Source: Chiloscyllium plagiosum | Lineage: Eukaryota | Length of the DNA: 64,000 nucleotides | Direction: 5' to 3' | NCBI RefSeq assembly: GCF_004010195.1 | Contig: NC_057752.1 | Location: 10,489,830 to 10,553,829, forward strand | Shown: positions 40,323-51,404 of the stretch, piece by piece | How the letters are laid out: each line of letters begins with the position of its first letter | How positions within the stretch are numbered: the first letter of the stretch is position 1 | Notes under the pieces: model-generated | What the model was told of the DNA's origin: nothing | Seen by the model: only the letters and a program-made list of their open reading frames with translations | Databases searched by the model: none | Made by a program: the position numbers and the translations under genes

Positions 40323-40429
40323 AGGATCTGTGGAGATAGGTCTTGTGGTTATCAGAACACTGCTTCATAATCTTCCTTCTGTGAACGTTCTCACTGGTTT
40401 GCAGGAGACACAAAGTGCCTGGTTCACAC
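40323..40429 (-). other. Candidate internal exon
   Basis: ttttcatag| ... |gtgagc; only the phase-2 frame is open (CEPGTLCLLQTSENVHRRKIMKQCSDNHKTYLHRS), phase-compatible with 41946-42063. Confidence 0.3.
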
Positions 40430-40974
40430 CTATGAAAAGGATTCTGATTTGTGAATCGGAAGTCATGGCTTACAGCTTACCACAGGTAGTAAAATAAATT
40501 GGATTTTTTGGGGCGTAAAGTGACTTTTTACTGCAAAGAAAAGAGACAGCACCTGAGCTGGCGAAGGCTTCTCCTTATGCTGTTCACAGCCCCAAACTGT
40601 TCAGCTACCTGAGAACCAGTCATATAGTTGTTGCTAGCGGAAGACCTTTGTCATTGGGTAACTAGTCACTGATCCACAGACCAATCAGCTACTTGTTACC
40701 AACCACAATTCCATTTGTACATAACCCTTGGGCTCCAGCTCGTCGACAAATCACACTTTCACTACTGTTGGGACCAGCGGCTGTGTAAACAGTGCTTCCA
40801 ATGAAGATTGCTTGCTTTCAAAACATGCAATAATCCAATAGCAATCCTTGGTTTTAACAGACAGTTCTTTTTTCCTGTTCCAGTCCCTAATAAAAAATAC
40901 TGAAACATAAAAAGATACAGTCTTTACAACAGTGCTGGACTCCAGCATGCTGATTGCTGGAAGACAATGTTGAT

Positions 40975-41168
40975 TTTTTTTGTCTTTTTTTTTCGACTCC
41001 TGTTTGTTTTTCCTTTACCCCCACACTACCGCCTAATTGCGGTAGTGCTTATATTTTCCCTAGCACCCATGTTAAGTGTGTAGGTGTGAGACACAGTGAA
41101 AGACACAAGGTGTACAAATCTTTATTCAATTTCCACCACCAGGAAGAAAGGAAACACCCGAGTGGCCA
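40975..41168 (-). mobile_element. 5'-truncated Tx1-type 3' end with TSD
   Basis: Matches units at 50097-50340; TSD ACAATGTTGAT at 40964-40974 and 41169-41179; poly(T) on the plus strand. Confidence 0.85.
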
Positions 41169-41363
41169 ACAATGTTGATATTAGAGATCAACACGTGACA
41201 TGTTTATGCTGTCTGCTTGAATACCAGTATTAAGCCATTTCAGCACCAACTGAACATTAGGCTCACCAGATCACAAAATGATAGCTATCAGAGACTATTT
41301 CAAATATCGATCTTGGTTTGAAGATGTTCGCCCCAACTCTTACGACTCTGGGGAACGTTGGTC

Positions 41364-41730
41364 GGTTTACAAAATTATGAGGGGCATGGATAGGGTAGAC
41401 AGGCGAAGTCTTTTCCCTGGGGTTGGGGAGTCCAGAACTAGAGGGCATAGGTTTAGGGTGAGAGGGGAAAGATATAAAAGAGATCTCAGGGGCAACTTTT
41501 TCACACAGAGGGTGGTGTGTGTATGGAATGAGCTGCCAGAGGAAGTGGTGGAGGCTGGTACAATTGCAACATTTAAAAGGCATTTGGATGGGTATATGAA
41601 TAGGAAGGGTTTGGAGGGATATGGAGTGGGTGCTGGCAGGTGGGACGAGATTGGGTTGGGGTATCTGGTCGGCATGGACGGGTTGGACCAAAGGGTCGGT
41701 TTCTGTGCTGTACATCTCTATGACTCCATG
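41364..41730 (+). mobile_element. CR1 LINE 3' end
   Basis: VYKIMRGMDRVDRRSLFPGVGESRTRGHRFRVRG. Confidence 0.95.
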
Positions 41731-41945
41731 GTCTGAATGATGTTAAACTTGCATCCCCATGTTAGTTAGTTATCGAATAATCAACTACTGACTCCCCTCC
41801 TTGGGAAGGAATTCTCCTTGTGTTCAGGTGGCTCCAGGATAATATGGTGGATGTTAGATGTTTGGAATTAGTTACACCCAGTGATAGATTTAGTGGTAAT
41901 CTGATACTTGAACCTAGTTTTCCAATGTCTGACAAAAAACCTCAC

Positions 41946-42063
41946 CCATTAACAGAGAAGTAAGATTTGTACCTGATTACAAGATTCTGACCATCTGGCT
42001 TCAAATACCCTGCAAGCACAACCGTAACGGACGCCATGTATCTGGACTCTTCCTGCAGAAAGC
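41946..42063 (-). other. Candidate exon of an unidentified transcript
   Basis: Strong acceptor ttccttttatttctctgtctcag and donor TGG|gtgagg; open frame FLQEESRYMASVTVVLAGYLKPDGQNLVIRYKSYFSVNG. Confidence 0.45.
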
Positions 42064-42967
42064 CTGAGACAGAGAAATAAAAGGAACTTTCATTTCTATA
42101 GCATCCACTTTCGACCCTCCTGAATGTCCCAAAGAATTTCACAACTGAGAAAGTACTTTTGAAGTGAGTTACTGTTGTAATGCCAGGGAATATGCAGCCA
42201 ATTTCTGTACTTTAAGGTGCCAAAAACAACAGATGAGAGGAATCACCAAATAACCTCTTTCGATGGAGGTAAACAAAAAAAATGGAGGTTTGTACACCAT
42301 GACAGCATGCCTGCTTTACTTCAAACTCCTGCATGCAGCACATTTTAACATCCATTTGAATGAAAACCAAGAGACGCAGCTTTCAAAGTCCCAAGCAAAA
42401 TACAGCCATTGCCAGCAGTTCAGCCCACTGTCCAGTGCACTGCACTGGAGGTTACACCACATCAATAATGTAATAGAATTCACAAAAGCAGACAAATGCA
42501 GCCATGCAAGAGCTGCCCTCATTCTATCGCTACAATCACAGAATCTTGTAGCACAGACAGAGGCCATTTGGCTCATTGTGTCTGCATCAGGTCTTTGAAA
42601 GAACTGACCAAACAATTCCATACCTTTTCTCTACAGATCTGTAATCTTCTTCCCTTTGATCCCCTTTTGAAATGACTGAATCCATGTCCAATTCCCCTTC
42701 CAGAAGTGCATTTAAGATCATAACAGCGCTCGGGATAAAACAATTACTGACCTTCCTGAATGGATGAACAGCTTCTCCCTATTTATCCTGTAAAACGCTT
42801 CAAAATTTTGAACACCTCTGTTAAATCTCTATGTAACTTTCTCTATTCTAAGACGAACAGATTGTGATTGTGCAGACTGCGATTGCACAGATTGCAAGGG
42901 GAAGTGAGGGCCGAGTGGTATTATCACTAGACTACTAATCGAAATAACTCAGTTAATGTTCTGGGGA

Positions 42968-43114
42968 TTCTGGATCAGTGGTGCTGGAAGAGCACAGCAA
43001 TTCAGGCAGCATCCGAGGACAGGCAAAATCGGATGCTGCCTGAATTGCTGTGCTCTTCCAGCACCACTGATTCAGAATCTGGTTTCCAGCATCTGCAGTC
43101 ATTGTTTTTACCTC
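42968..43114. mobile_element. Palindromic PLE terminal-repeat insertion with 14-bp TSD
   Basis: Near-perfect ~50-bp hairpin arms; TAATGTTCTGGGGA at 42954-42967 and 43115-43128. Confidence 0.88.
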
Positions 43115-43427
43115 TAATGTTCTGGGGACCCAGGCATGGCAGATGTGGAATTTGAATTCAATTTAAAAAACATCTGGAATTAAGAATCCACTGATCACCA
43201 TGAAATCATTGCCAATTGTCAGAAAAGTCCATCGGGTTCATTAATGTCCTTCAGGGAAGGAAATCAGCCATCCTTACCTAGTCTGGTCTCAACGTGACTC
43301 CAGTCCTATAACTATGTGGCTGACTCTCAAGTGCCCTCTGAAATGGGAAAACATTCAGTTGTACCCATTGCTACAAAGTTTAAAATCACACAACACCAGG
43401 TTATAGTCCAACAGGTTTATTGGGAAG

Positions 43428-43462
43428 CACTAGCTTTCGGAGCGCTGCTCCTTCATCAGGTG
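43428..43462 (-). ncRNA. Minimal type-I hammerhead ribozyme motif in a PLE fragment (~43380-43620)
   Basis: cac-CTGATGA-a-GGAGC agc GCTCC-GAAA-GC-TA-gtg: intact core, 5-bp stem II, 3-bp stem I, palindromic AGCT. Confidence 0.8.
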
Positions 43463-44651
43463 GTTGTGGAGAATCAGATTGTAAGACACAGAATTTATTG
43501 CAAAACTTTACAGTGTGATGTAACTGAAATTACACATTGAAAAAGACTTGGCTTGCTTGTTAAGTCGCTCACTTTTAACTTTGTACACCCCAATCCAACA
43601 CCAGCCTCTTCAAATCATAATAATCGCTACAATGTCTCAAAGAAATGGAAGCAGATGGATTATCTGGCACCAGAAAAAGCAATAACAGAAATAGCCTTGT
43701 CAACCCTGCAAAGTCCTCCTCATTAACATCTGGGGACTAGTGCCAACATTAGAAGAGCTGTCTCATTGACAAGTTAAGCAACAGCACATAAAAAAAATCC
43801 CAACATTGGGAGAGCTGTCTCACAGACTAGTCAACCAACAACCTGAACAGTCCTGCTCACGGAATCATACCTTCCAGACAATGTCCCAGACACCACCATC
43901 ACCATCCCTGGATACATCCTGTCCCATCGGCAGGACAGACCCAGCTGAGGTGGGGGCACAGTGGGATACAGTCGGGAGGGAGTTACTCTGGGAGTCCTCA
44001 ACATTGACTCTGGGCCCCATGAAGTCTCATGGCTTCAGGTTAAACCTGGGCAAGGAACCCTCCTGCTGATTCCCACATACCACCCTCCCTCGGCTGATGG
44101 ATCGGTACTCCTCCGTGTTGAACAACACTTAGAGGAAGCACTGAGGGTGGCAAGGCCACAAAATGTACCCTGGGTGGGGCATCTCAATGTCCACCACCAA
44201 GAGTGGCTCAGCAGCAGTATTACTGATCGAGCTGGTCAGGTCCTAAAGGACATAGCTGCTACCCTGGGTCTGCGGCAGGTGGTGGGGGAACCAACAAGGG
44301 GGAAAAACATACTCAACCTCATCCTTACCAATCTGCCAGCTGCAGATGTATCTGTTCACCACCACATGATCCTCATGGAGATGAAATCTTGCTTTCATAC
44401 TAAGAATACTCTCCATCGTGTTGTGCTAACACCGTGCTGAATGGGACAGACTTCAAACAGATTTAGCAATTCAACAATGGGCATCCAGGAGGCACTGTGG
44501 GCCATCAGCAGCAGGAGAACTGTACTCCAGCACAATCTGTAACCTCATGGCCCGGCATATCCCCCACTCAACCATTACCATCAGGCCAGGGGATCAACCC
44601 TAGTTCAATGGAGGGTGCAGGAGGACAAGCCAGGGCAGCATCAGGCATTCC

Positions 44652-45305
44652 TACACAGATCTCTGAAAGTTGCCACCCAGGTAAATAGTGCGGTGAAGAA
44701 GGCATATGGCGTACTGGCTTTTATTGGTAGTGGAATTGAGTTCCGGAGTCCTGAGGTCATGTTGCAGTTGTATAAGACTCTGGTGCGGCCGCATCTGGAG
44801 TATTGTGTGCAGTTTTGGTCGCCATACTATAGGAAGGATGTGGAGGTACTGGAACGGGTGCAGAGGAGGTTTACCAGGATGTTGCCTGGTATGGTAGGAA
44901 GATCATATGAGGAAAGGCTGAGGCACTTGGGGCTGTTTTCATTGGAGAAAAGAAGGTTTAGGGGTGACTTGATAGAGGTGTACAAGATGATTAGGGGTTT
45001 AGATAGGGTTGACCATGAGAACCTTTTTCCACATATGGAGTCAGCTATTATGAGTGGGCATAGCTTTAAATTAAGGGGTGGTAGGTATAGGACAGATGTT
45101 AGGGGTAGATTCTTTACTCGTGAGTCGTGAGTTCATGGAATGCCCTGCCAGTAGCAGTGGTGGACTCTCCCTCTTTATGGGCATTTAAACGGGCATTGGA
45201 TAGGCATATGGAGGATAGTGGGCTAGTGTAGGTTAGGTGGGCTTGGATCGGCGTAACATCGAGGGCCAAGGGGCCTGTACTGCGCTGTATTTTTCTATGT
45301 TCTAC
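44652..45305 (+). mobile_element. CR1 LINE 3' end (young)
   Basis: LQLYKTLVRPHLEYCVQFWSPYYRKDVEVLERVQRRFTRMLPG; TTCTATGTTCTA tail. Confidence 0.95.
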
Positions 45306-45324
45306 GACACTGGAACTGGGATAG

Positions 45325-45950
45325 GTGCATCCAAGGATTTAGAAGGAAGCAAGGGTAGACATTGCAGGAGACAGTGGCCACAATTGTTCAGTCTTCCCTG
45401 GACTCAGGAGAGGTGCATGAAAACTGGAGAATTGCAAACATTATGGCCTTATTCAAGAAAAGTTCTAAGAATATTCCTGGAAATTACAAATCAGTCAGTT
45501 TGGTGATAAGGAAGCTTCTAGAAACAATTATTGGGGCTAGAACTAATAGTCATATGAAAAAAAGGTAGATTGATTAGTAATAGCAGTATGGGTTTCTAAA
45601 GGGGAATCTGTGTTTCACTAAATTGCTGCAGTTTTAACAGAAATGCTTGATGAGGGTAACATTGTTGATGTGGTATACATAGATTTCCAGAAGGTGGTTG
45701 AGGCAGTGCCACACAACAGGCTTGTGAGTAAAGCAATAGGTCATGGTGCAAACCAGATTGAAACAAGATGGATATAAAATTTGCTGTGGTGGGAAATAGA
45801 GTAACGATCAATTAATTTTTTTGAGCTGGAGGAAAGCTGTGGATTTCCTGATCATATATAAGTGATCTAGATCTTGGTGTGCAAGGGACAACTTCAAAGT
45901 TTGCAAACGACACGAGTCTTGGGAGAACGGTAACCTGTGAGGAGGACATG
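45325..45950 (+). mobile_element. Old CR1 RT fragment
   Basis: SLDSGEVHENWRIANIMALFKK...PGNYKSVSL. Confidence 0.8.
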
Positions 45951-46084
45951 CAGGACAATCTGTTACAGACCTCCCCTTAAGGTCAATCATCTACCCACCA
46001 ATTCCCTGTCACATGGTCACAGTTTTCACACCTTTCCCTTCTGACGAAAGGGTTTCTGACCTGGAACATTGGACGGAAACTTGT

Positions 46085-46525
46085 TGAAGTGTTGGTGGGC
46101 ATGTCGAACCGTCACACCCGTTCGCGCGCGAAGGTCTTGCGGAATCACGCGGGCTCTCCATCTTCGGCTCCCGCCCAAATCAGCGGCGATTCCCGGGGAG
46201 ACTGGCGGCTTGCAAGGACATCATTCCTCTCAGCCCTTCCAAAGATTGGGAAGGGAGCTTGGCCATAGATAAATCATGGATGAGCAGAGGGAAAGTAGCT
46301 CGATTGGAAGCATCTAGTCCCTTGTTCTTGCTTTGAGTATAGAACAAAGTTAATCCCCGACATCTTCAGGATGAGGCCCTTCAGCGCATTGAGGGTCGCA
46401 ACCGTCGACGGAGTAGGACGGGCAATTACGGTCTCACAGGCCTGGACTTCATCCCGATGGAAACATGAAAGTGCCTTAAAACACTAACTCCGAAACTCTC
46501 CGGACAGATGCTACCGGACCTGCCG
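46085..46525. promoter_or_regulatory. CpG-rich promoter-like segment
   Basis: Dense CpGs (CGCGCGCG etc.) in a CpG-poor background; YY1-like CCATCTT and GC-box-like CCCGCCC at ~46158-46176. Confidence 0.55.
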
Positions 46526-47237
46526 ACTTTCTCCAGCAATTTCCGTGATTATCATTCAAGAACGTGGCAAAATAGGAAACACTCTTCCTAGCATCTCTCA
46601 TCTTTTCTTACAGTACAAAGGTACATTAATTCTTCTGTTTTATTATTATTTGTCTTGGGTTGTGGGTAACACCGGCAAGGCTGGAATTTTATTGCCCATC
46701 CTGAAATTAAAACCAATCGATGAGAATGTAATCACCAGGCCAGGTAGAGTTGGCAGGCTCTCTGAAGGCTTCAGTGAATCAATTGGATTATATTAACAAG
46801 TCTGGCATTTTTTAGAGCCATTTTAATGTAGTGCCAACCCACAAATGGCCAAATTTATGGGGTGACTAATCCAGTACCAAAACCACAAAACTGTAGTGCC
46901 AAATTACTTAGTATAGAATATCAAAATCCTTGCAGTGCTGTATCATTAGCATAGAACAATAACAAATCTTTTAAGTCCTAGCCTTGAACAAGTAGTGTCC
47001 TCTCAACACACTTTTGTAGAGGCTCACAGGATAATCCTGTCTCAACCATTTACTGTATTATCCCTCTTTGAATAATCTCAACAGTTTACTGTTCGGTTTC
47101 TCTACAGACCATCTCTACATAGATAATCTAAAATCACCGAGGCCCAACCATCTTCAGCTGCTTCATCAATGACCGTCGCCGCCACTCATAAGGTCAGAAG
47201 TGGGGAAGTTCATTGTGCAATGTTCAGCACCATTCAT

Positions 47238-47530
47238 GGTAAAAACAATGACTGCAGATGCTGGAAACCAGGGTCTAGGTTAGAGTGGTGCTGGAAAAGC
47301 ACAGCAGTTCAGGCAGGATCCGAGGAGCAGTAAAATCGACGTTTCGGGCAAAAGCCCTTCATCAGGAATACAGGCAGAGAGCCTAAAGGGTGGAGAGATA
47401 AGTGACCCTCCTCTCCACGCTTCAGGCTCTCTGCCTGTATTCCCGATGAAGGGCTTTTGCCCGAAATGTCGATTTTCCTGCTCCTCGGATGCTGCCTGAA
47501 CTGCTGTGCTTTTCCAGCAACACACTCTCA
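47238..47530. mobile_element. Inverted PLE terminal-repeat pair (~120-bp arms) inserted in a CR1-group LINE fragment
   Basis: 47285-47400 is inverted relative to 47410-47525; intact minus-strand hammerhead at 47338-47365, mutated plus copy at 47443-47470. Confidence 0.88.
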
Positions 47531-48410
47531 AGTGGCAAATAGTACTTGTGCCACACAAGTGCTAGGTAAAGAACATCTCCAGTAGAGATAATACAACCAA
47601 TGCCACTTCATATTCAATGGCACCACTGAATCTCCTACTTTCAACATTCTGGGAGCTACCATTGACAATAAACTGAACTGGACCTACCTCGACACTGTCC
47701 TACCCCCCGCTAGTCCAGGAACTCCCCACATACGTTCAGGACACCACCCACGCCCTCCACCTCCTCCAAGACTTCCGTTTCCCCGGTCCCCAACGCCTCA
47801 TCTTCACCATTGATATCCAATCCCTCTCCACCTCCATCCGCCATGACCAGGGCCTCCAAGCCCGTTTTTTCCTCTCCAGACGTCCCCAACAGTACCCTTC
47901 CACCGACACGCTCATTCGTTTGGCCGAACTGGTCCTCACCCTTAACAATTTCTCCTTTGAATCCTCCCACTTGCTCCAGACCAAAGGGGTAGCCATGGGC
48001 ACACGTATGGGCCCCAGCTATGCCTGTCTCTTTGTTGGCTACGTAGAACAGTTGATCTCCCGTAATTACACCGGCACCACTCCCAACCTCTTCCTCTGCT
48101 ACATTGATGACTGCATTGGCGCCACCTCGTGCTCCCACGAGGAGGTTGAGCAATTCATCAACTTCACCAACACATTCCACCCTGAACTTAAATTTACCTG
48201 GACCATCTCTGACACCTCCCTCCCCTTCCTGGAACTCTCCATCTCCATTAATGACGACCAACTTGACATCGACATTTTTTACAAACCCACCGACTACCAC
48301 AGCTATTTCGATTACACCTCTTCCCACCCTAACTCTTGCAAAAATGCCATCCCGTATTCCCAATTCCGCCGCCTCCGCCGTATCTGCTCCCAGGAAGACC
48401 AGTTCCACCA

Positions 48411-48975
48411 NNNNNNNNNNNNNNNNNNNNNNNNNNNNNNNNNNNNNNNNNNNNNNNNNNNNNNNNNNNNNNNNNNNNNNNNNNNNNNNNNNNNNNNNNN
48501 NNNNNNNNNNNNNNNNNNNNNNNNNNNNNNNNNNNNNNNNNNNNNNNNNNNNNNNNNNNNNNNNNNNNNNNNNNNNNNNNNNNNNNNNNNNNNNNNNNNN
48601 NNNNNNNNNNNNNNNNNNNNNNNNNNNNNNNNNNNNNNNNNNNNNNNNNNNNNNNNNNNNNNNNNNNNNNNNNNNNNNNNNNNNNNNNNNNNNNNNNNNN
48701 NNNNNNNNNNNNNNNNNNNNNNNNNNNNNNNNNNNNNNNNNNNNNNNNNNNNNNNNNNNNNNNNNNNNNNNNNNNNNNNNNNNNNNNNNNNNNNNNNNNN
48801 NNNNNNNNNNNNNNNNNNNNNNNNNNNNNNNNNNNNNNNNNNNNNNNNNNNNNNNNNNNNNNNNNNNNNNNNNNNNNNNNNNNNNNNNNNNNNNNNNNNN
48901 NNNNNNNNNNNNNNNNNNNNNNNNNNNNNNNNNNNNNNNNNNNNNNNNNNNNNNNNNNNNNNNNNNNNNNNNNNN
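48411..48975. other. Assembly gap
   Basis: Run of N. Confidence 1.
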
Positions 48976-49154
48976 NTGTCCGGACTTGTCCGACCTGCCT
49001 AGCTCCTTTTCCACCTATCCACTCCACCCTCTCCTCCCTGACCTATCACCTTCATCTCCTCCCCCACTCACTTATTGTACTCTATGCTACTTTCTCCCCA
49101 CCCTCACCCTCCTCTAGCTTATCTCTCCACGCTTCAGGCTCTCTGCCTTTATTC

Positions 49155-49182
49155 CTGATGAAGGGCTTTTGCCCGAAACGTA
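49155..49182 (+). ncRNA. Minimal hammerhead ribozyme motif in the PLE 3' terminal repeat
   Basis: CTGATGA-a-GGGC TTTT GCCC-GAAA-CG-TA. Confidence 0.75.
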
Positions 49183-49707
49183 GATTTTGCTGCTCGTCGG
49201 ATGCTGCCTGAATTGCTGTGCTCTTCCAGCACCACTGATCCAGAATCTGGTTTCCAGCATCTGCAGTCATTGTTTTTGCCTCATAAAAAATACTGTGGCT
49301 ATAAGAGCAGTTCAGAGGCTAGGAATACTCCATCAAGCAACTCAGGACCCACCCCGTCCACCCATTCCCCAGGTACAGTACCTGCAGAATTCACTTTACA
49401 TTCCATTGTTGCTTCATGCTAAAATGACCATTTATATCCATTTAAGTTTTACTGTTTGTTGAATCAGTATTCAATATTTGTTGGATGTTATGTTGTACTG
49501 TGTGTTTGCTGCACTAGGGGGCAGTATCTGCCATCAGTCTGTGATTGTGGAAGTAAAGAAATTAATCTTTCAGCTATGTTCTGTTTATTTTAGCTTCTTA
49601 ACTCAGATTTTCCTATTTATGTTGACTTTACACAATTTAGGTCAATATGAATTGATTTGATATTAAGTCTTCATAATTCATTGATCTGGAATGATCTAGA
49701 ACCATGT

Positions 49708-50780
49708 TGATGCGATTGTAATGAGGTCAGCTAGGTGAACCTCATAGAATGACATTGTTTTCTGATGAAGAGCTTATGCTCGAAACGTTGATTCTCCTGC
49801 TCCTCGGATGCTGCCTGACCGGCTGTGCTTTTCCAGCACCACACTCTTCATCCCTGTTTGGGGTTGTTAACCTGGTCCAATCAGGGACTGTTGGCTGACA
49901 GGTTTAAACAGGAGTGTCGTCCCTACCCTCCCCTTCACTGTTTTGATCACACAGCACTGCCCTTTGATGTGAAGGGCAGTGTTTGTCACTGGCCACCCGG
50001 GTGTTTTCCTATCTTCCTGGTGGTGGAATTTGAATAAAGATTTGTGCACTTTGTGCCTTACACTGTAAAAAAAAAGAAAAATTAAACAGGAGTGTCGTCC
50101 CTACCCTCCCCTTCACTGTTTTGATCACATAGCACTGCCCTTTGATGTGAAGGGCAGTGCTTGTTACTGGCCACTCGGGTGTTTTCCTATCTTCCTGGTG
50201 GTGGGAATTGAAAAAAGATTTGTGCACCTTGTGTCTCTCACTGTGTCTCACACCTGCACACACACACCATGGGTGCTGGGGAAAAAAATAAGCACTACCG
50301 CAGTTAGGCGGTAGTGTGGGGGTAAAGAAAAAGAAAAAAAACAGGTAAAAAAAAAAGAAGAGTAGGTGTGTCAAAGGCACTGCTTGTCACTGACCACTCG
50401 GGGGAAAAAAAAGAAAAAAAATTAAACAGGCGTGTCCCCTTCACTGTTTGATCACGCAGCATTGCCCTTTGATGTGAAGGGCAGTGCTTGTCACTGGCCA
50501 CTCGGGTGTTTCCTTTCTTCCTGGTGGTGGGAATTTGAATAAAGATTCATGCACTTTGTGTCTCACACCTACACACACACAACATGGGTGCTGGGAAAAA
50601 ATAAGCACTACCGCAGCTAGGCAGTAATGTGGGGGTGGAAAAAAAAATAAACATGAGTGTCAGAGGTTCTGTTCACTCTGATACCTGGCTCTAACGAAGC
50701 CGGACCAGTGTCAAGTACTATGCACATGTAAATAAAGAGTGACTTGGTGATGGGATACTGACTTCTATGGAGTTATTCCA
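49708..50780 (+). mobile_element. Gypsy solo LTR carrying a PLE insert and tandem Tx1 3' ends
   Basis: TG...CA termini, TSD CATGT (49703-49707, 50781-50785); homologous to LTR 56067-56300; CCAAT at 49877, TTTAAA at 49903, AATAAA at ~50731. Confidence 0.9.
49919..50647 (+). mobile_element. Tandem poly(A)-tailed Tx1 3'-UTR insertions (3-4 units)
   Basis: Units separated by TTAAACAGG(A/C)GTGTC; homologous to the 3' UTR following Tx1 ORF2 at 63590-63700. Confidence 0.85.
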
Positions 50781-51404
50781 CATGTTATCTTTATTTGAAT
50801 CCTTTGCCTAACCCTGAAAATGAGAGGTTGGAGGACAGGGCAGTTCCTGGTGTTGGGCCCTTCATGAAGCATTCTCTTGTGAATGTGCGCAATTTATAAA
50901 TCCAGGGAACAGCCGTTTCCTCATGAATGTGATCAGTCAGCTTGATCAACATGGTGAATGCCAATTAGTACCTGAACACCCTCCCTCACTTTTTGATGTT
51001 AGCATTTCCCTTAACAGACTTTGCTTGTAAATTTTGAATTGGCCACATGGGTGTTTTCTTGGTGGTGGAGAGAAAATATATAATAATGAACTCTATTTGC
51101 AACAGTATCTTCATTTTCTGTCTCGCTATTCTAAAAAAAAATAAGCAAATGGGTGATTTGGGGAAAATAAAAGGGGTAACAAGGAAGAAAGCAGACCCAT
51201 GGGCCCTCTTGTGGCATAGTGGTAGTGTCCCTACCCCAAGAAACGAATTAGCACCTCAGTTAAGATCTGTGCTCCTTATCCCAGGTGAGAAACAAATTGT
51301 CGCAGCTACTTGGTTCATATTCAAGGAAAGAACAAGGGGATGTCATTTGACAACACTGAAGCATTCAACATGTAAACCAGGAGAGTTTGAGGTGCGGAGT
51401 TTTC

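Larger units (their letters stand above)
42898..44640 (+). mobile_element. Deu-SINE-like head continuing into the APE endonuclease region of a CR1-group LINE, with two PLE inserts
   Basis: tRNA-like head at 42898, Deu core at 43255-43345; ORF remnants LLLIPTYHPPS...GHLNVHHQEWL...EPTRGKNILNLILTN (APE motifs). Confidence 0.75.
47683..49280 (+). mobile_element. Penelope-like retroelement (RT plus 3' terminal repeat), spanning a gap
   Basis: LTLNNFSF...QTKGVAMGTRMGPSYACLF...YIDD...FYKPTD...KNAIPYSQF.RLRRICS is a PLE RT. Confidence 0.93.

Noticed and set aside
40608..40900. Additional minus-strand coding exon
   Set aside because: Plausible acceptor, but all three frames contain stops before a good donor
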